From positions 1 to 64,000 of the forward strand of contig CAXHJY010000838.1 of the NCBI GenBank assembly GCA_964016885.1: DNA of 64,000 nucleotides, given 5' to 3'. This stretch comes from Eledone cirrhosa. Lineage: Eukaryota. The translations under genes were made by a program, and so were the position numbers. Below, in pieces: positions 41,332 to 55,662 of the stretch (its first letter is position 1; every line of letters starts with the position of its first letter). The notes beneath the pieces are model-generated. The model was given only the letters and a program-made list of their open reading frames with translations, searched no databases and was not told the origin of the DNA.

Positions 41332-43646
41332 CGGGGGGAGCAGGGTACACGGGGGGAGCAGGGTACATTACATAGAGACCAAGAGGGAAGCTAGGCGACA
41401 AGTATACTTAGCTAGGAGGGAAGCAGAGGATAGAAAATTCAAGCATGTTTTACAACGTGAGGACCAGAAACAGGAGGTATTCAAGATTGCGAGGCAGTGT
41501 GTCAGAGATAGTTGTGATGTCATTGGAGAGAAGTGTATCCGGAATGATAAAGGTGAGCTTGCCCTCACAAGTGCTGAGAAGAAAGATGCATGGAAGAGTC
41601 ATTATGATAGATTACTAAATGAGGAGAATGCATGGGAAGAAGAGACCCTACCCCACGTAGACCCTATAGAGGGACCAGCAGTACAAGTCAGCGGCAGCGT
41701 AGTAAGTAAGGCAATCAGAGATATGAAGATAGGGAAGGCAACCGGTCCTTCGGGTATAGCTGCCGAGATGCTGAAGGCATCTGGGTCTGTAGGTCACACT
41801 ATAACCACACGTATTGTTAACCAGGTAATACTAGAGGGGGCCATACCAAAAGATTGGTGCAGTAGCATCATTGTCAACTGCTACAAAGGTAAAGGCGATG
41901 CACTAGATAGAGGAAACTATAGAGGTATAAAGTTGATGGACCAGGTCATGAAAGTAACAGAAAGAGTTATAGCACAGCTGATTAGGGACCGGGTGAATAT
42001 AGACGAGATGCAATTTGGGTTTGTACCAGGGAAAGGCACCACTGATGCGCTCTTCCTTGTGAGGCAATTACAGGAAAAGTACCTAGCTAAAAGTAAGCCA
42101 CTCTACTTGGCATTTGTCGACCTTGAGAAAGCCTTTGACAGAGTTCCACGTGCAGTAATCTGGTGGGCTCTTAGAAAACTAGGAGTAGATGAATGGCTTG
42201 TGAAAGCGGTACAAGCCATGTATAGGGGAGCAGTCAGCAAAGTTAGGATTGGCAATGAGTATAGCGAGGAATTTAGCGTACAGGTTGGGGTCCACCAGGG
42301 CTCTGTTCTTAGCCCTCTCCTGTTCATCATAGTCCTGCAGGCAATAACGGAGGAGTTTAAGACCGGATGCCCATGGGAACTCCTGTATGCTGATGACCTC
42401 GCACTCATAGCTGAATCTATGGTAGAACTAGAGAATAAATTCCAAACCTGGAAGCAGGGACTAGAGAGAAAGGGCCTCAAAGTCAACATGACAAAGACTA
42501 AGGTCCTTATAAGTAGACGAGAAAACAGAACCCAGATCCCCTCAGGGAAATGGCCTTGCTCAGTATGTAGGAAAGGTGTAGGTAGGAACTCCATTCTTTG
42601 CCCCAAATGCAAACAATGGGTACACAAGAGATGTAGCGGGATCTCAGGAAGCTTAATTAAGAATGTAGGATTCACATGCAGCAGCTGTGCTGAAACAGCA
42701 AGCAAACAGCCACAGGAAACAAGTACCACCAATCTCTGGGAGGGCCCTGTAGAAACAGTAGACAGCTTCTGCTACCTAGGTGACCGAATTAGCAACGGAG
42801 GTGGGTGCTCAGAAAGTACAATAACTAGGGTAAGAACGGGATGGAAGAAGTTTAGGGAACTACTACCACTGCTAGCTGCAAAAGGCTTCTCCCTCAGAAT
42901 GAAAGGCAGACTGTATGATGCGTGTATCCGAACAGCGATGTTGCATGGTAGTGAGACCTGGGCGCTGAAGGTGGAAGACTTACGTAGATTAGAGAGAAAC
43001 GAAGCCTGCATGCTCCGATGGATGTGTAACAGTAATATACGTGAACGACAAAGCATAAATGAATTGAGAGAGAGACTGAGCATAAGAGGAATCAAATGCT
43101 GCGTGCAGGAGAGGCGGTTACGCTGGTATGGACATGTGATGCGTATGAAGGATGACAGCTGCATAAAAAGGTGCAGAGCACTAGAAGTTGATGGAAACCG
43201 CGGAGTGGGGAGACCCAAGATGACTTGGGATGAAGTGATAAAAGCCGACCTTACCCAACTACACCTCTCAAAGTCAATGACACACGACCGTGACTTCTGG
43301 CGTCACGCAGTAATACAGGGTACCCGACCTCCCATGGGTACATGCTGAAGCATATAAACAATATGCCCCCCCCCCCCCACCGCAAGGTGGTCGTGGAGGT
43401 GCCACGGCAAAAAAGCACCCAGCCCACACTGTAAAGTGGACGTGTAGGCGCCACGAAAAAGCACCCAGCACTCACTGTAAATGAGGTTGGTGTTAGGAAG
43501 GGCATCCAGCTGTAGAAATCAAGCCAGATCAGTTCCTGTATGAGCAAGGCATGGTCAGCCGACCAGACACTGCCCACAACAGGACAACCCGTCTAACCCA
43601 TGCTAGCGTGGAAGAACGGACGTGAAACGGTGATGATGATGATGAT
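41332..43646 (+). mobile_element. Young 5'-truncated RTE-clade LINE
   Basis: Uninterrupted frame, 3' UTR and (GAT)n tail; lacks the APE endonuclease. Confidence 0.95.
41351..43348 (+). CDS. LINE reverse transcriptase ORF (5'-truncated; open upstream of the Met at 41723)
   Basis: Motifs KATGPSG, NYRGIKL, QFGF, FVDLEKAFD, GVHQGSVLSPLLF, YADD, FCYLG, RRLRWYGHVMRM, GRPKMTW. Confidence 0.93.
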   Translation, partial: GGSRVHYIETKREARRQVYLARREAEDRKFKHVLQREDQKQEVFKIARQCVRDSCDVIGEKCIRNDKGELALTSAEKKDAWKSHYDRLLNEENAWEEETLPHVDPIEGPAVQVSGSVVSKAIRDMKIGKATGPSGIAAEMLKASGSVGHTITTRIVNQVILEGAIPKDWCSSIIVNCYKGKGDALDRGNYRGIKLMDQVMKVTERVIAQLIRDRVNIDEMQFGFVPGKGTTDALFLVRQLQEKYLAKSKPLYLAFVDLEKAFDRVPRAVIWWALRKLGVDEWLVKAVQAMYRGAVSKVRIGNEYSEEFSVQVGVHQGSVLSPLLFIIVLQAITEEFKTGCPWELLYADDLALIAESMVELENKFQTWKQGLERKGLKVNMTKTKVLISRRENRTQIPSGKWPCSVCRKGVGRNSILCPKCKQWVHKRCSGISGSLIKNVGFTCSSCAETASKQPQETSTTNLWEGPVETVDSFCYLGDRISNGGGCSESTITRVRTGWKKFRELLPLLAAKGFSLRMKGRLYDACIRTAMLHGSETWALKVEDLRRLERNEACMLRWMCNSNIRERQSINELRERLSIRGIKCCVQERRLRWYGHVMRMKDDSCIKRCRALEVDGNRGVGRPKMTWDEVIKADLTQLHLSKSMTHDRDFWRHAVIQGTRPPMGTC

Positions 43647-44009
43647 ATAAACACATATATATAGTCTAATAAAGTTAAAATAAAAATGGCGTAGACATAC
43701 AATACAACAGGAGGAACATAATAGTACCACTGATGATGTTGCAGATGTGCAACGAAAGAACTTTGTTAGACTATATATATGTGTTTATATCTATATTATA
43801 TCTGTATTTTTGACCATTGGTCAGTCAATGATAAACATTGAGGACCAAATGAATTAACTGTGGAGATATAAAAGATACAGAAGCGAAAACCAACCAAACA
43901 GTGAGTGTGTTCTGTTATTATTTCTGACAATATTATTACAACAATATGACCCTCCCCAAGTATAACAATATTTGTTTCGACACACGATTTCATATCAAAA
44001 ACCTCGCAA

Positions 44010-44045
<36 letters not shown>

Positions 44046-44210
44046 AATACATTGGCTTAAATAGTGTTAGATACATGAAAAGGTAGCATGATAATTACTA
44101 GAATGTGTTTGATAATAGGCCTGTTTAAGCAGAGTTGACGTGAGATTAAACAACAAACATTTCATCAAAGCCATGAGCACTACATTGCTTCATTAGATAG
44201 AATAATTTAA

Positions 44211-44417
44211 CCCTTTAGCATTTAATCCGGCCAGAATTCTCTCACATCTTTCTGGTCAAACCAGCTGTAACCAGATGCTCATACTGATATTAAGGTATTG
44301 TTCTCAAAATAAATAACATGAAAATCTCATAGATTCGATATTATGCGAGATATTTATGTGAGGTAAAACCTTTACCATGAAAATATATAAATATAAAGTA
44401 ATGCAAATTGTAAAGGA
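44211..44417 (+). mobile_element. piggyBac-type MITE
   Basis: TTAA flanks; right TIR decayed. Confidence 0.85.
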
Positions 44418-45013
44418 TTAAAAGAAAAAAATTCTCTATAAGCTAGTAAAAATAAGTGTAATCAACCATATCTATTTGATTGTGTGTGTTGCTTGTATGT
44501 AATAACATTTGTGAGCTGGGAACCAGTCTCTACACACAACCTGTATTCAGGACATGGATCAATTGGCAGGGCTAAGTGAGATGAGTGTAACTGAGGACTG
44601 ACTTTAACTACATAGCTTCTTCAAGAATATGTGGACTAGAAGAACATTTACAATGTAACATTTACAATACAATGCTCCTTCTCCTTGTCCTTGTGATAGT
44701 AAGCATTATATACCCAAGGCTCTATTATTCAGTTAAGTGGAATAAGTCAGCAAGTATCTCAGCCATTAAGACAGTGCAGTATCAAAGACTGGAATACACA
44801 CGGCTGACGTTTTGACAAGTAGTACAACATCATAACATACTCAGCTATGATTCTACAGTAGGGAAAATAGGTAGACATTGAAAAACTTTCTGTCAGAATG
44901 CAGTCAACTATTTGAATTTGCAGACCAGATAAACCCATATTCCGTATGAGAGAGGGAAAAAAAGGGGGTGGATAGAAATGTCATAAAATTTATTTTATAT
45001 ATATATATATATA

Positions 45014-45090
45014 TAGGTAAAGAGTCAGTACCCTGACGGCTGAGCTCTGGCCGTTTTGACAGCTAGTTTCTTACCACACATTCTTTGTTA
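45014..45090. mobile_element. Family C fragment
   Basis: Minus-strand half-hammerhead joined to the tail end TTCTTACCACACATTCTTTGTTA. Confidence 0.7.
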
Positions 45091-45425
45091 TATATATATA
45101 TATATATATAAATATCTATGCATATAAGTTTATCCGGGGTTCAATCAGGGGTAACCACAGTAAGTAAGGTACTCAATACATAGCAGAGTATAAATATTTA
45201 ATATAGAAATGGCTTCTGCAGGACTAGAACTGTTTCATTCAGGAGAAATCACCAAGAAGTAGGTGTGTCTTTATTTTCACACACACACACACACACACAC
45301 ATATATAAATATAAGGGAGAGAAATCAAGAAACATTTGAAGAGGGTAAGAAAATGAGTGTTGGGTAAGTCAGAGAAGCAGCAAAAAAGTCAAAATGACTG
45401 AAAATATGGAAATAATAAAATCAAC

Positions 45426-45479
<54 letters not shown>

Positions 45480-45835
45480 ATGTTGAAAACACATGATTAA
45501 CTGAATACATTTTCTAAAAATATGAAAACAGAGTGAGATTTAAAAGTAAAAACAAAAAAAAAGTGAAATCAAAACAAAACAACTGTATAAAAATTCCTGT
45601 GCAGTATTTCTGTTTTCTATTTGGTAAAGAAGAGAATTCTAGGTATTGGTTTCTGTGCTGAAAATGCAGACTTGCCTTTTCCCATGTCTCTTTAATTAGT
45701 GCTCAGACAAAGTGTGTTACACTAGCAGCAAACCTCAGCTAACTGACAGCCACCAACCACTGTTTGAAATTGAACACACTATAATAAACTGTATTGATTG
45801 AAATTTCTGATGTGCCAGTGAATGTGTGAATGCAC

Positions 45836-48850
<3,015 letters not shown>

Positions 48851-49156
48851 ATACAGAGAGAGAGAGAGAGAGGTGGATGTAAGAGAGAGAGAGAGAGGTG
48901 GATGTAAGAGAGAGAGAGAGAGAGGTGGATGTAAGAGAAAGAAAAAGAAGTGAGACTGAGTGAAAGAATGAAAAAGATAGGAGCTGCAGAAAGAGAAAGA
49001 CTAAAACTAAGACAGTTGCTAAATAAATGGAAAAAAAAAACAAAAAAAAACAGAGAGCAAGGGAGTTTAATGAGTGGGTGTATATTTATTTATTTGTGGA
49101 TGCAAGACAAGAAGAAAGAGAAAAAGTGGGAGAATTAAAGATAGCATGTGTGAGTC

Positions 49157-49213
<57 letters not shown>

Positions 49214-49879
49214 TTGTACATGTGAGTGCCTGTGTAGGTGTGTCTTTATTTTCATAACGTGATGGTGATGATGGAGAATTTTGGTTAGGTTGGGTGGGGA
49301 CATTAAGGATAATGCTTCATTATTTCAGTAGTGAAGTAAATAAATATTACCAAAGGGATTTAAGACTGGTACAGAATAAGGTCAATGATTAATTTAACTA
49401 ACAAGATAAAGGGCCAGAAATGACAATGATTCATAAACTAACATGATAGGATTCAAGACTTGCATAACTCCACACTCTGCTAACAGACTTCTCAAAGATA
49501 AAAACCACTCTCAATACAAATATGTCTCAACAGCTTTCTAGTTTAGAGTTAAGTGAATTTTATAAATATTTCTACAATCTGAATAAGATAGTGAAATAAC
49601 TGAATAGATAAAGATAGAGCTAGCTACTTACTTCTCCCCCTCTATCAAATGTATTGAGGTAAGGGAGTGCATCAGTGGTGAAGGTATCTGATGATGTTAG
49701 CTAGTTATAGCACAGCCTATATACTATGTTAACTCATTGCTAAAGGTATTATGTTAGTGGGTGCAGTAGACAAAAGAATTCGACACAGTTGGTGAAGTAG
49801 AAACAACTCCCAAAACTTTCATCTAGAAGTAAGAGTAAACTGTCAAAACTACTATTTAATTTTCATCCTTTATCTAGAT

Positions 49880-50361
49880 CAGCGGTTCTCAAACGTTTTG
49901 GGCCACCACCCCAGCCCCCCTTACGGCCACATAATACCCTCAGCACCCCCACCCTTATTTCCAGAGAGACCTGCCTACACGCAAATTGTAAATAAAATAG
50001 TTAATTTATATATAATAAATAATTGTTTCTACTTTTTGGCACAAGGCCAGCAATTATTCAGTGCATTACTGGTACTTTATTTTATCGACCTCATAAGGAT
50101 GAAAGGCAAAGTTAACCTCGGCAGGATTCAAACTCAGAATGGCAAGGGCCGTAACTCTATGCGTCAAAGCATAGCGTCCGACGCTCTAACTGTGTATAAA
50201 TGAATATATATTTACTATTTTACTATATTCATATATAATATGTATCATTTGATATTTAATATACTATTATATCATCTCTACTGCCCCCTTAAGCCCCAGT
50301 GCTCCCCAGAACCTTCTCAAAGCCACCTGGGAGGGGGTAGTACCCACTTTGAGAACCTCTC
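49880..50361. mobile_element. hAT (Charlie/Buster-type) MITE with a nested SINE (50018-50190, minus)
   Basis: CAGCGGTTCTCAAA...TTTGAGAACCTCTC ends; 8-bp TSD ATCTAGAT / TTCTAGAT. Confidence 0.8.
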
Positions 50362-50944
50362 TTCTAGATGATATAGGAAAGGTGCTGCTCATCTAACAGA
50401 ACTAAAGAAACAAAGTTTCCATCAATCTTTCCATTGCTGATACTACTTGCTGGTCACAACTCCTGCCAGGAGTAATGTGAATCAAAGTATTGTATTTTGC
50501 TCCAGAACACAAAGAGACTCCTGGTCAAGGAATCAAACCCTTGACCTTATGATCATGAGTCCAACACTTTAACCACTAGACAACATAACTGGCTTTTAAT
50601 TCATAGAACTGATGAATAACCATCTAAATATTAAGTGCCCAAAGCTCAAAACTAAAATATACTGAAACTTTTACACCTAAGTTTCCTGTTTGAGAGTTTA
50701 CTACTGGGTCATTAACCTACAATATATGTGTGGTAAGTAGATAGACTATAATATTACTAGATATTTATGATGGCAGAGTTGACAGTAATAAAACAAATCC
50801 AAATATGTTTAATTTGAAGCCTCCCTATTCCAAGATCTACAAGAAATAAAATGTGTACCAGTTATATACTAGGTTGGAGTTAATCGACTTTACTCATTCT
50901 ACAAAACATTTATATTGAGCAGGGTCGAATGAAATCAATATTAA

Positions 50945-53900
50945 CCCTTTAGCATTATTTACAATACTCTATATTTACTATTGTATTTTCACGGTAAACA
51001 AATAATATCAAATCTACGAAATTTTGATATTAAAATTTTTTTAAAACAATACCTTAACATAAGTATGAGCAACCAGTTACAACCAGTTTGAACAGAAAGA
51101 GGTGAGAGAATTCTGGCCAGATACTGCCAGTTTGAATAGAAGGAAGTGAGAGAATTGTGGTCGGATACGGCCGGTTTGAACAGAAAGAGGTGATAGAATT
51201 CTGGCTGGATAGGGCTAGTTTGAACATAAAGAGGTGATAGAATTCAGGCTGGATAGGGTTGGTTTGAACAGAAAGAGGTGAGAGAATTCTGGCTGGATAG
51301 GGTTGGTTTGAACAGAAAGAGGTGAGAGAATTCTGGCTGGATAGGACTGGTTTGAACAGAAAGAGGTGAGAGAATTCAAGCTGGATAGGGCTGGTTTGAA
51401 CAGAAAGAGATGAGAGAATTCTGGCTGGATAGGGCTGGTTTGAACAGAAAGAGGTGAGAGAATTCTGGCTGGATAGGGCTGGTTTGAACAGAAAGAGGTG
51501 AGAGAATTCAAGCTAGATAGGGCTGGTTTGAACAGAAAGAGGTGAGAGAATTCAAGCTAGATAGGGCTGGTTTGAACAGAAAGAGGTGAGAGAATGCAAG
51601 CTGAATAGGGCTGGTTTGAACAGAAAGAGATGAGAGAATTCTGGCTGGATAGGGCTGGTTTGAACAGAAAGAGGTGAGAGAATTCAAGCTGGATAGGGCT
51701 GGTTTGAACAGAAAGAGGTGAGAGAATTCTGGTTGGATAGGCTGGTTTGAACAGAAAGAGGTGAGAGAATTCAAGCTGGATAGGGCTGGTTTGAACAGAA
51801 AGAGATGAGAGAATTCTGGCTGGTTAGGGCTGGTTTGAACAGAAAGAGGTGAGAGAATTCTGGCTGGATAGGGCTGGTTTGAACAGAAAGAGGTGAGAGA
51901 ATTCAAGCTGAATAGGGCTGGTTTGAACAGAAAGAGATGAGAGAATTCTGGCTGGATAGGGCTGGTTTGAACAGAAAGAGGTGAGAGAATTCAAGCTGAA
52001 TAGGGCTGGTTTGAACAGAAAGAGGTGAGAGAATTCTGGCTGGATAGGCTGGTTTGAACAGAAAGAGGTGAGAGAATTCAAGCTGGATAGGGCTGGTTTG
52101 AACAGAAAGAGATGAGAGAATTCTGGCTGGTTAGGGCTGGTTTGAACAGAAAGAGGTGAGAGAATTCTGGCTGGATAGGGCTGGTTTGAACAGAAAGAGG
52201 TGAGAGAATTCAAGCTGAATAGGGCTGGTTTGAACAGAAAGAGATGAGAGAATTCTGGCTGGATAGGGCTGGTTTGAACAGAAAGAGGTGAGAGAATTCA
52301 AGCTGAATAGGGCTGGTTTGAACAGAAAGAGGTGAGAGAATTCTGGCTGGATAGGCTGGTTTGAACAGAAAGAGGTGAGAGAATTCAAGCTGGATAGGGC
52401 TGGTTTGAACAGAAAGAGATGAGAGAATTCTGGCTGGTTAGGGCTGGTTTGAACAGAAAGAGGTGAGAGAATTCTGGCTGGTTAGGGCTGGTTTGAACAG
52501 AAAGAGGTGAGAGAATTCTGGCTGGATAGGGCTGGTTTGAACAGAAAGAGGTGAGAGAATTCTGGCTGGATAGGGCTGGTTTGAACAGAAAGAGGTGAGA
52601 GAATTCTGGCTGGATAGGGCTGGTTTGAACAGAAAGAGGTGAGAGAATTCAAGCTGAATAGGGCTGGTTTGATCAGAAAGAGGTGAGAGAATTCTGGCTG
52701 GATAGGGCTGGTTTGAACAGAAAGAGGTGAGAGAATTCTGGCTGGATAGGGCTGGTTTGAACAGAAAGAGATGAGAGAATTCTGGCTGGATAGGGCTGGT
52801 TTGAACAGAAAGAGGTGAGAGAATTCTGGCTGGATAGGGCTGGTTTGAACAGAAAGAGGTGAGAGAATTCTGGCTGGATAGGGCTGGTTTGAACAGAAAG
52901 AGGTGAGAGAATTCTGGCTGGATAGGGCTGGTTTGAACAGAAAGAGGTGAGAGAATTCTGGCTGGATAGGGCTGGTTTGAACAGAAAGAGGTGAGAGAAT
53001 TCTGGCTGGATAGGGCTGGTTTGAACAGAAAGCGGTGAGAGAATTCAAGCTGGATAGGGCTGGTTTGAACAGTTAAGAGGTGAGAGAATTCTGGCTGGAT
53101 AGGGCTGGTTTGAACAGAAAGAGGTGAGAGAATTCTGGCTGGATAGGGCTGGTTTGAACAGAAAGAGGTGAGAGAATTCTGGCTGGATAGGGCTGGTTTG
53201 AACAGAAAGCGGTGAGAGAATTCAAGCTGGATAGGGCTGGTTTGAACAGAAAGAGGTGAGAGAATTCTGGCTGGATAGGGCTGGTTTGAACAGAAAGAGG
53301 TGAGAGAATTCTGGCTGGATAGGGCTGGTTTGAACAGAAAGCGGTGAGAGAATTCAAGCTGGATAGGGCTGGTTTGAACAGAAAGAGGTGAGAGAATTCT
53401 GGCTGGATAGGGCTGGTTTGAACAGAAAGAGGTGAGAGAATTCTGGCTGGATAGGCTGGTTTGAACAGAAAGAGGTGAGAGAATTCTGGCTGGATAGGGC
53501 TGGTTTGAACAGAAAGAGGTGAGAGAATTCTGGCTGGATAGGGCTGGTTTGAACAGAAAGAGGTGAGAGAATTCTGGCTGGATAGGGCTGGTTTGAACAG
53601 AAAGAGGTGAGAGAATTCTGGCTGGATAGGGCTGGTTTGAACAGAAAGAGATGAGAGAATTCTGGCTGGATAGGGCTGGTTTGAACAGAAAGAGATAAGA
53701 GAATTCTGGCTGGATAGGGCTGGTTTGAAGAGAAAGAGGTGAGAGAATTCTGGCTGGATAGGGCTGGTTTGAACAGAAAGAGGTGAGAGAATTCTGGCTG
53801 GATAGGGCTGGTTTGAAGAGAAAGAGATGAGAGAATTCTGGCTAGATAGGGCTGGTTTGAAGAGAAAGAGGTGAGAGAATTCTGGCTGGATAGGGCTGGT

Positions 53901-55419
53901 TTGAACAGAAAGAGGTGAGAGAATTCTGGCTGGATAGGGCTGGTTTGAACAGAAAGAGATGAGAGAATTCTGGCTGGATAGGGCTGGTTTGAAGAGAAAG
54001 AGATGAGAGAATTCTGGCTGGATAGGGCTGGTTTGAAGAGAAAGAGATGAGAGAATTCTGGCTGGATAGGGCTGGTTTGAAGAGAAAGAGGTGAGAGAAT
54101 TCTGGCTGGATAGGGCTGGTTTGAACAGAAAGAGGTGAGAGAATTCTGGCTGGATAGGGCTGGTTTGAACAGAAAGAGGTGAGAGAATTCAAGCTGGATA
54201 GGGCTGGTTTGAACAGAAAGAGGTGAGAGAATTTTGGCTGGATAGGGCTGGTTTGAACAGAAAGAGGTGAGAGAATTCTGGCTGGATAGGGCTGGTTTGA
54301 ACAGAAAGAGGTGAGAGAATTCTGGCTGGTTAGGGCTGGTTTGAACAGAAAGAGGTGAGAGAATTCTGGCTGGATAGGGCTGGTTTGAACAGAAAGAGGT
54401 GAGAGAATTCTGGCTGGATAGGGCTGGTTTGAACAGAAAGAGGTGAGAGAATTCTGGCTGGATAGGGCTGGTTTAAACAGAAAGAGGTGAGAGAATTCAA
54501 GCTGGATAGGGCTGGTTTGAACAGAAAGAGGTGAGAGAATTTTGGCTGGATAGGGCTGGTTTGAACAGAAAGAGGTGAGAGAATTCAAGCTGGATAGGGC
54601 TGGTTTGAACAGAAAGAGGTGAGAGAATTCTGGCTGGATAGGGCTGGTTTGAACAGAAAGAGGTGAGAGAATTCTGGCTGGATAGGGCTGGTTTGAACAG
54701 AAAGAGGTGAGAGAATTCTGGCTGGATAGGGCTGGTTTGAACAGAAAGAGGTGAGAGAATTCTGGCTGGATAGGCTGGTTTGAACAGAAAGAGGTGAGAG
54801 AATTCTGGCTGGATAGGGCTGGTTTGAACAGAAAGAGATGAGAGAATTCTGGCTGGTTAGGGCTGGTTAGGGCTGGTTTGAACAGAAAGAGGTGAGAGAA
54901 TTTTGGCTGGATAGGGCTGGTTTGAACAGAAAGAGGTGAGAGAATTCAAGCTGGATAGGGCTGGTTTGAACAGAAAGAGGTGAGAGAATTCTGGCTGGAT
55001 AGGGCTGGTTTGAACAGAAAGAGGTGAGAGAATTCTGGCTGGATAGGGCTGGTTTGAACAGAAAGAGGTGAGAGAATTCAAGCTGGATAGGGCTGGTTTG
55101 AACAGAAAGAGGTGAGAGAATTCTGGCTGGATAGGCTGGTTTGAACAGAAAGAGGTGAGAGAATTCTGGCTGGATAGGGCTGGTTTGAACAGAAAGAGAT
55201 GAGAGAATTCTGGCTGCTTAGGGCTGGTTTGAACAGAAAGAGATGAGAGAATTCTGGCTGCTTAGGGCTGGTTTGAACAGAAAGAGGTGAGAGAATTTTG
55301 GCTGGATAGGGCTGGTTTGAACAGAAAGAGGTGAGAGAATTCAAGCTGGAAAGGGCTGGTTTGAACAGAAAGAGGTGAGAGAATTCTGGCTGGATAGGGC
55401 TGGTTTAAATGCTAAAGGG
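50945..55419 (-). mobile_element. piggyBac-type MITE expanded by an internal satellite
   Basis: TTAA|CCCTTTAGCATT at 50941 and AATGCTAAAGGG|TTAA ending at 55423; normal body up to ~51083. Confidence 0.92.
51083..55406. repeat. 44-bp tandem satellite, ~98 units
   Basis: Unit CTGGTTTGAACAGAAAGAGGTGAGAGAATTCTGGCTGGATAGGG; ORF periodicity of 44 aa equals 3 units. Confidence 0.97.
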
Positions 55420-55489
55420 TTAAGGAATATCTATGAAAAAACAGTACTGAAATATTTATATAAAATTGATGTATGTGTTGTCTTATATA

Positions 55490-55662
55490 ATAATTGTTTC
55501 TACTTTTGGCACAAGGCCAGCAATTACCCAGTACATTACTGGTACTTTATTTTATCGACCCCGTAAGGATGAAAGGCAAAGTTAACCTCGGCGGGATTTG
55601 AACTCAGACCGTAAAGGGATGTAACTATGCTGGAAAGCATGGCGTCCGACTCTCTACTGATA
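55490..55662 (-). mobile_element. Meta-core-like SINE
   Basis: Reverse complement of the family consensus. Confidence 0.88.

Larger units (their letters stand above)
41179..44014 (+). mobile_element. Fold-back family D element interrupted by the RTE LINE
   Basis: Arms 41179-41331 / 43819-43971 and 43644-43676 / 43759-43791; tail 43972-44014; hammerhead-like core CTGATGA-T-GTTGCA-gatg-TGCAAC-GAAA at 43730-43757. Confidence 0.75.

Noticed and set aside
42103-43218. Antisense ORFs of 209 and 148 aa
   Set aside because: Shadow frames of the LINE RT coding strand
51215-55344. Repetitive ORFs MNSLTSFCSNQPYPARIL...
   Set aside because: Translation of the 44-bp satellite cycling through three frames
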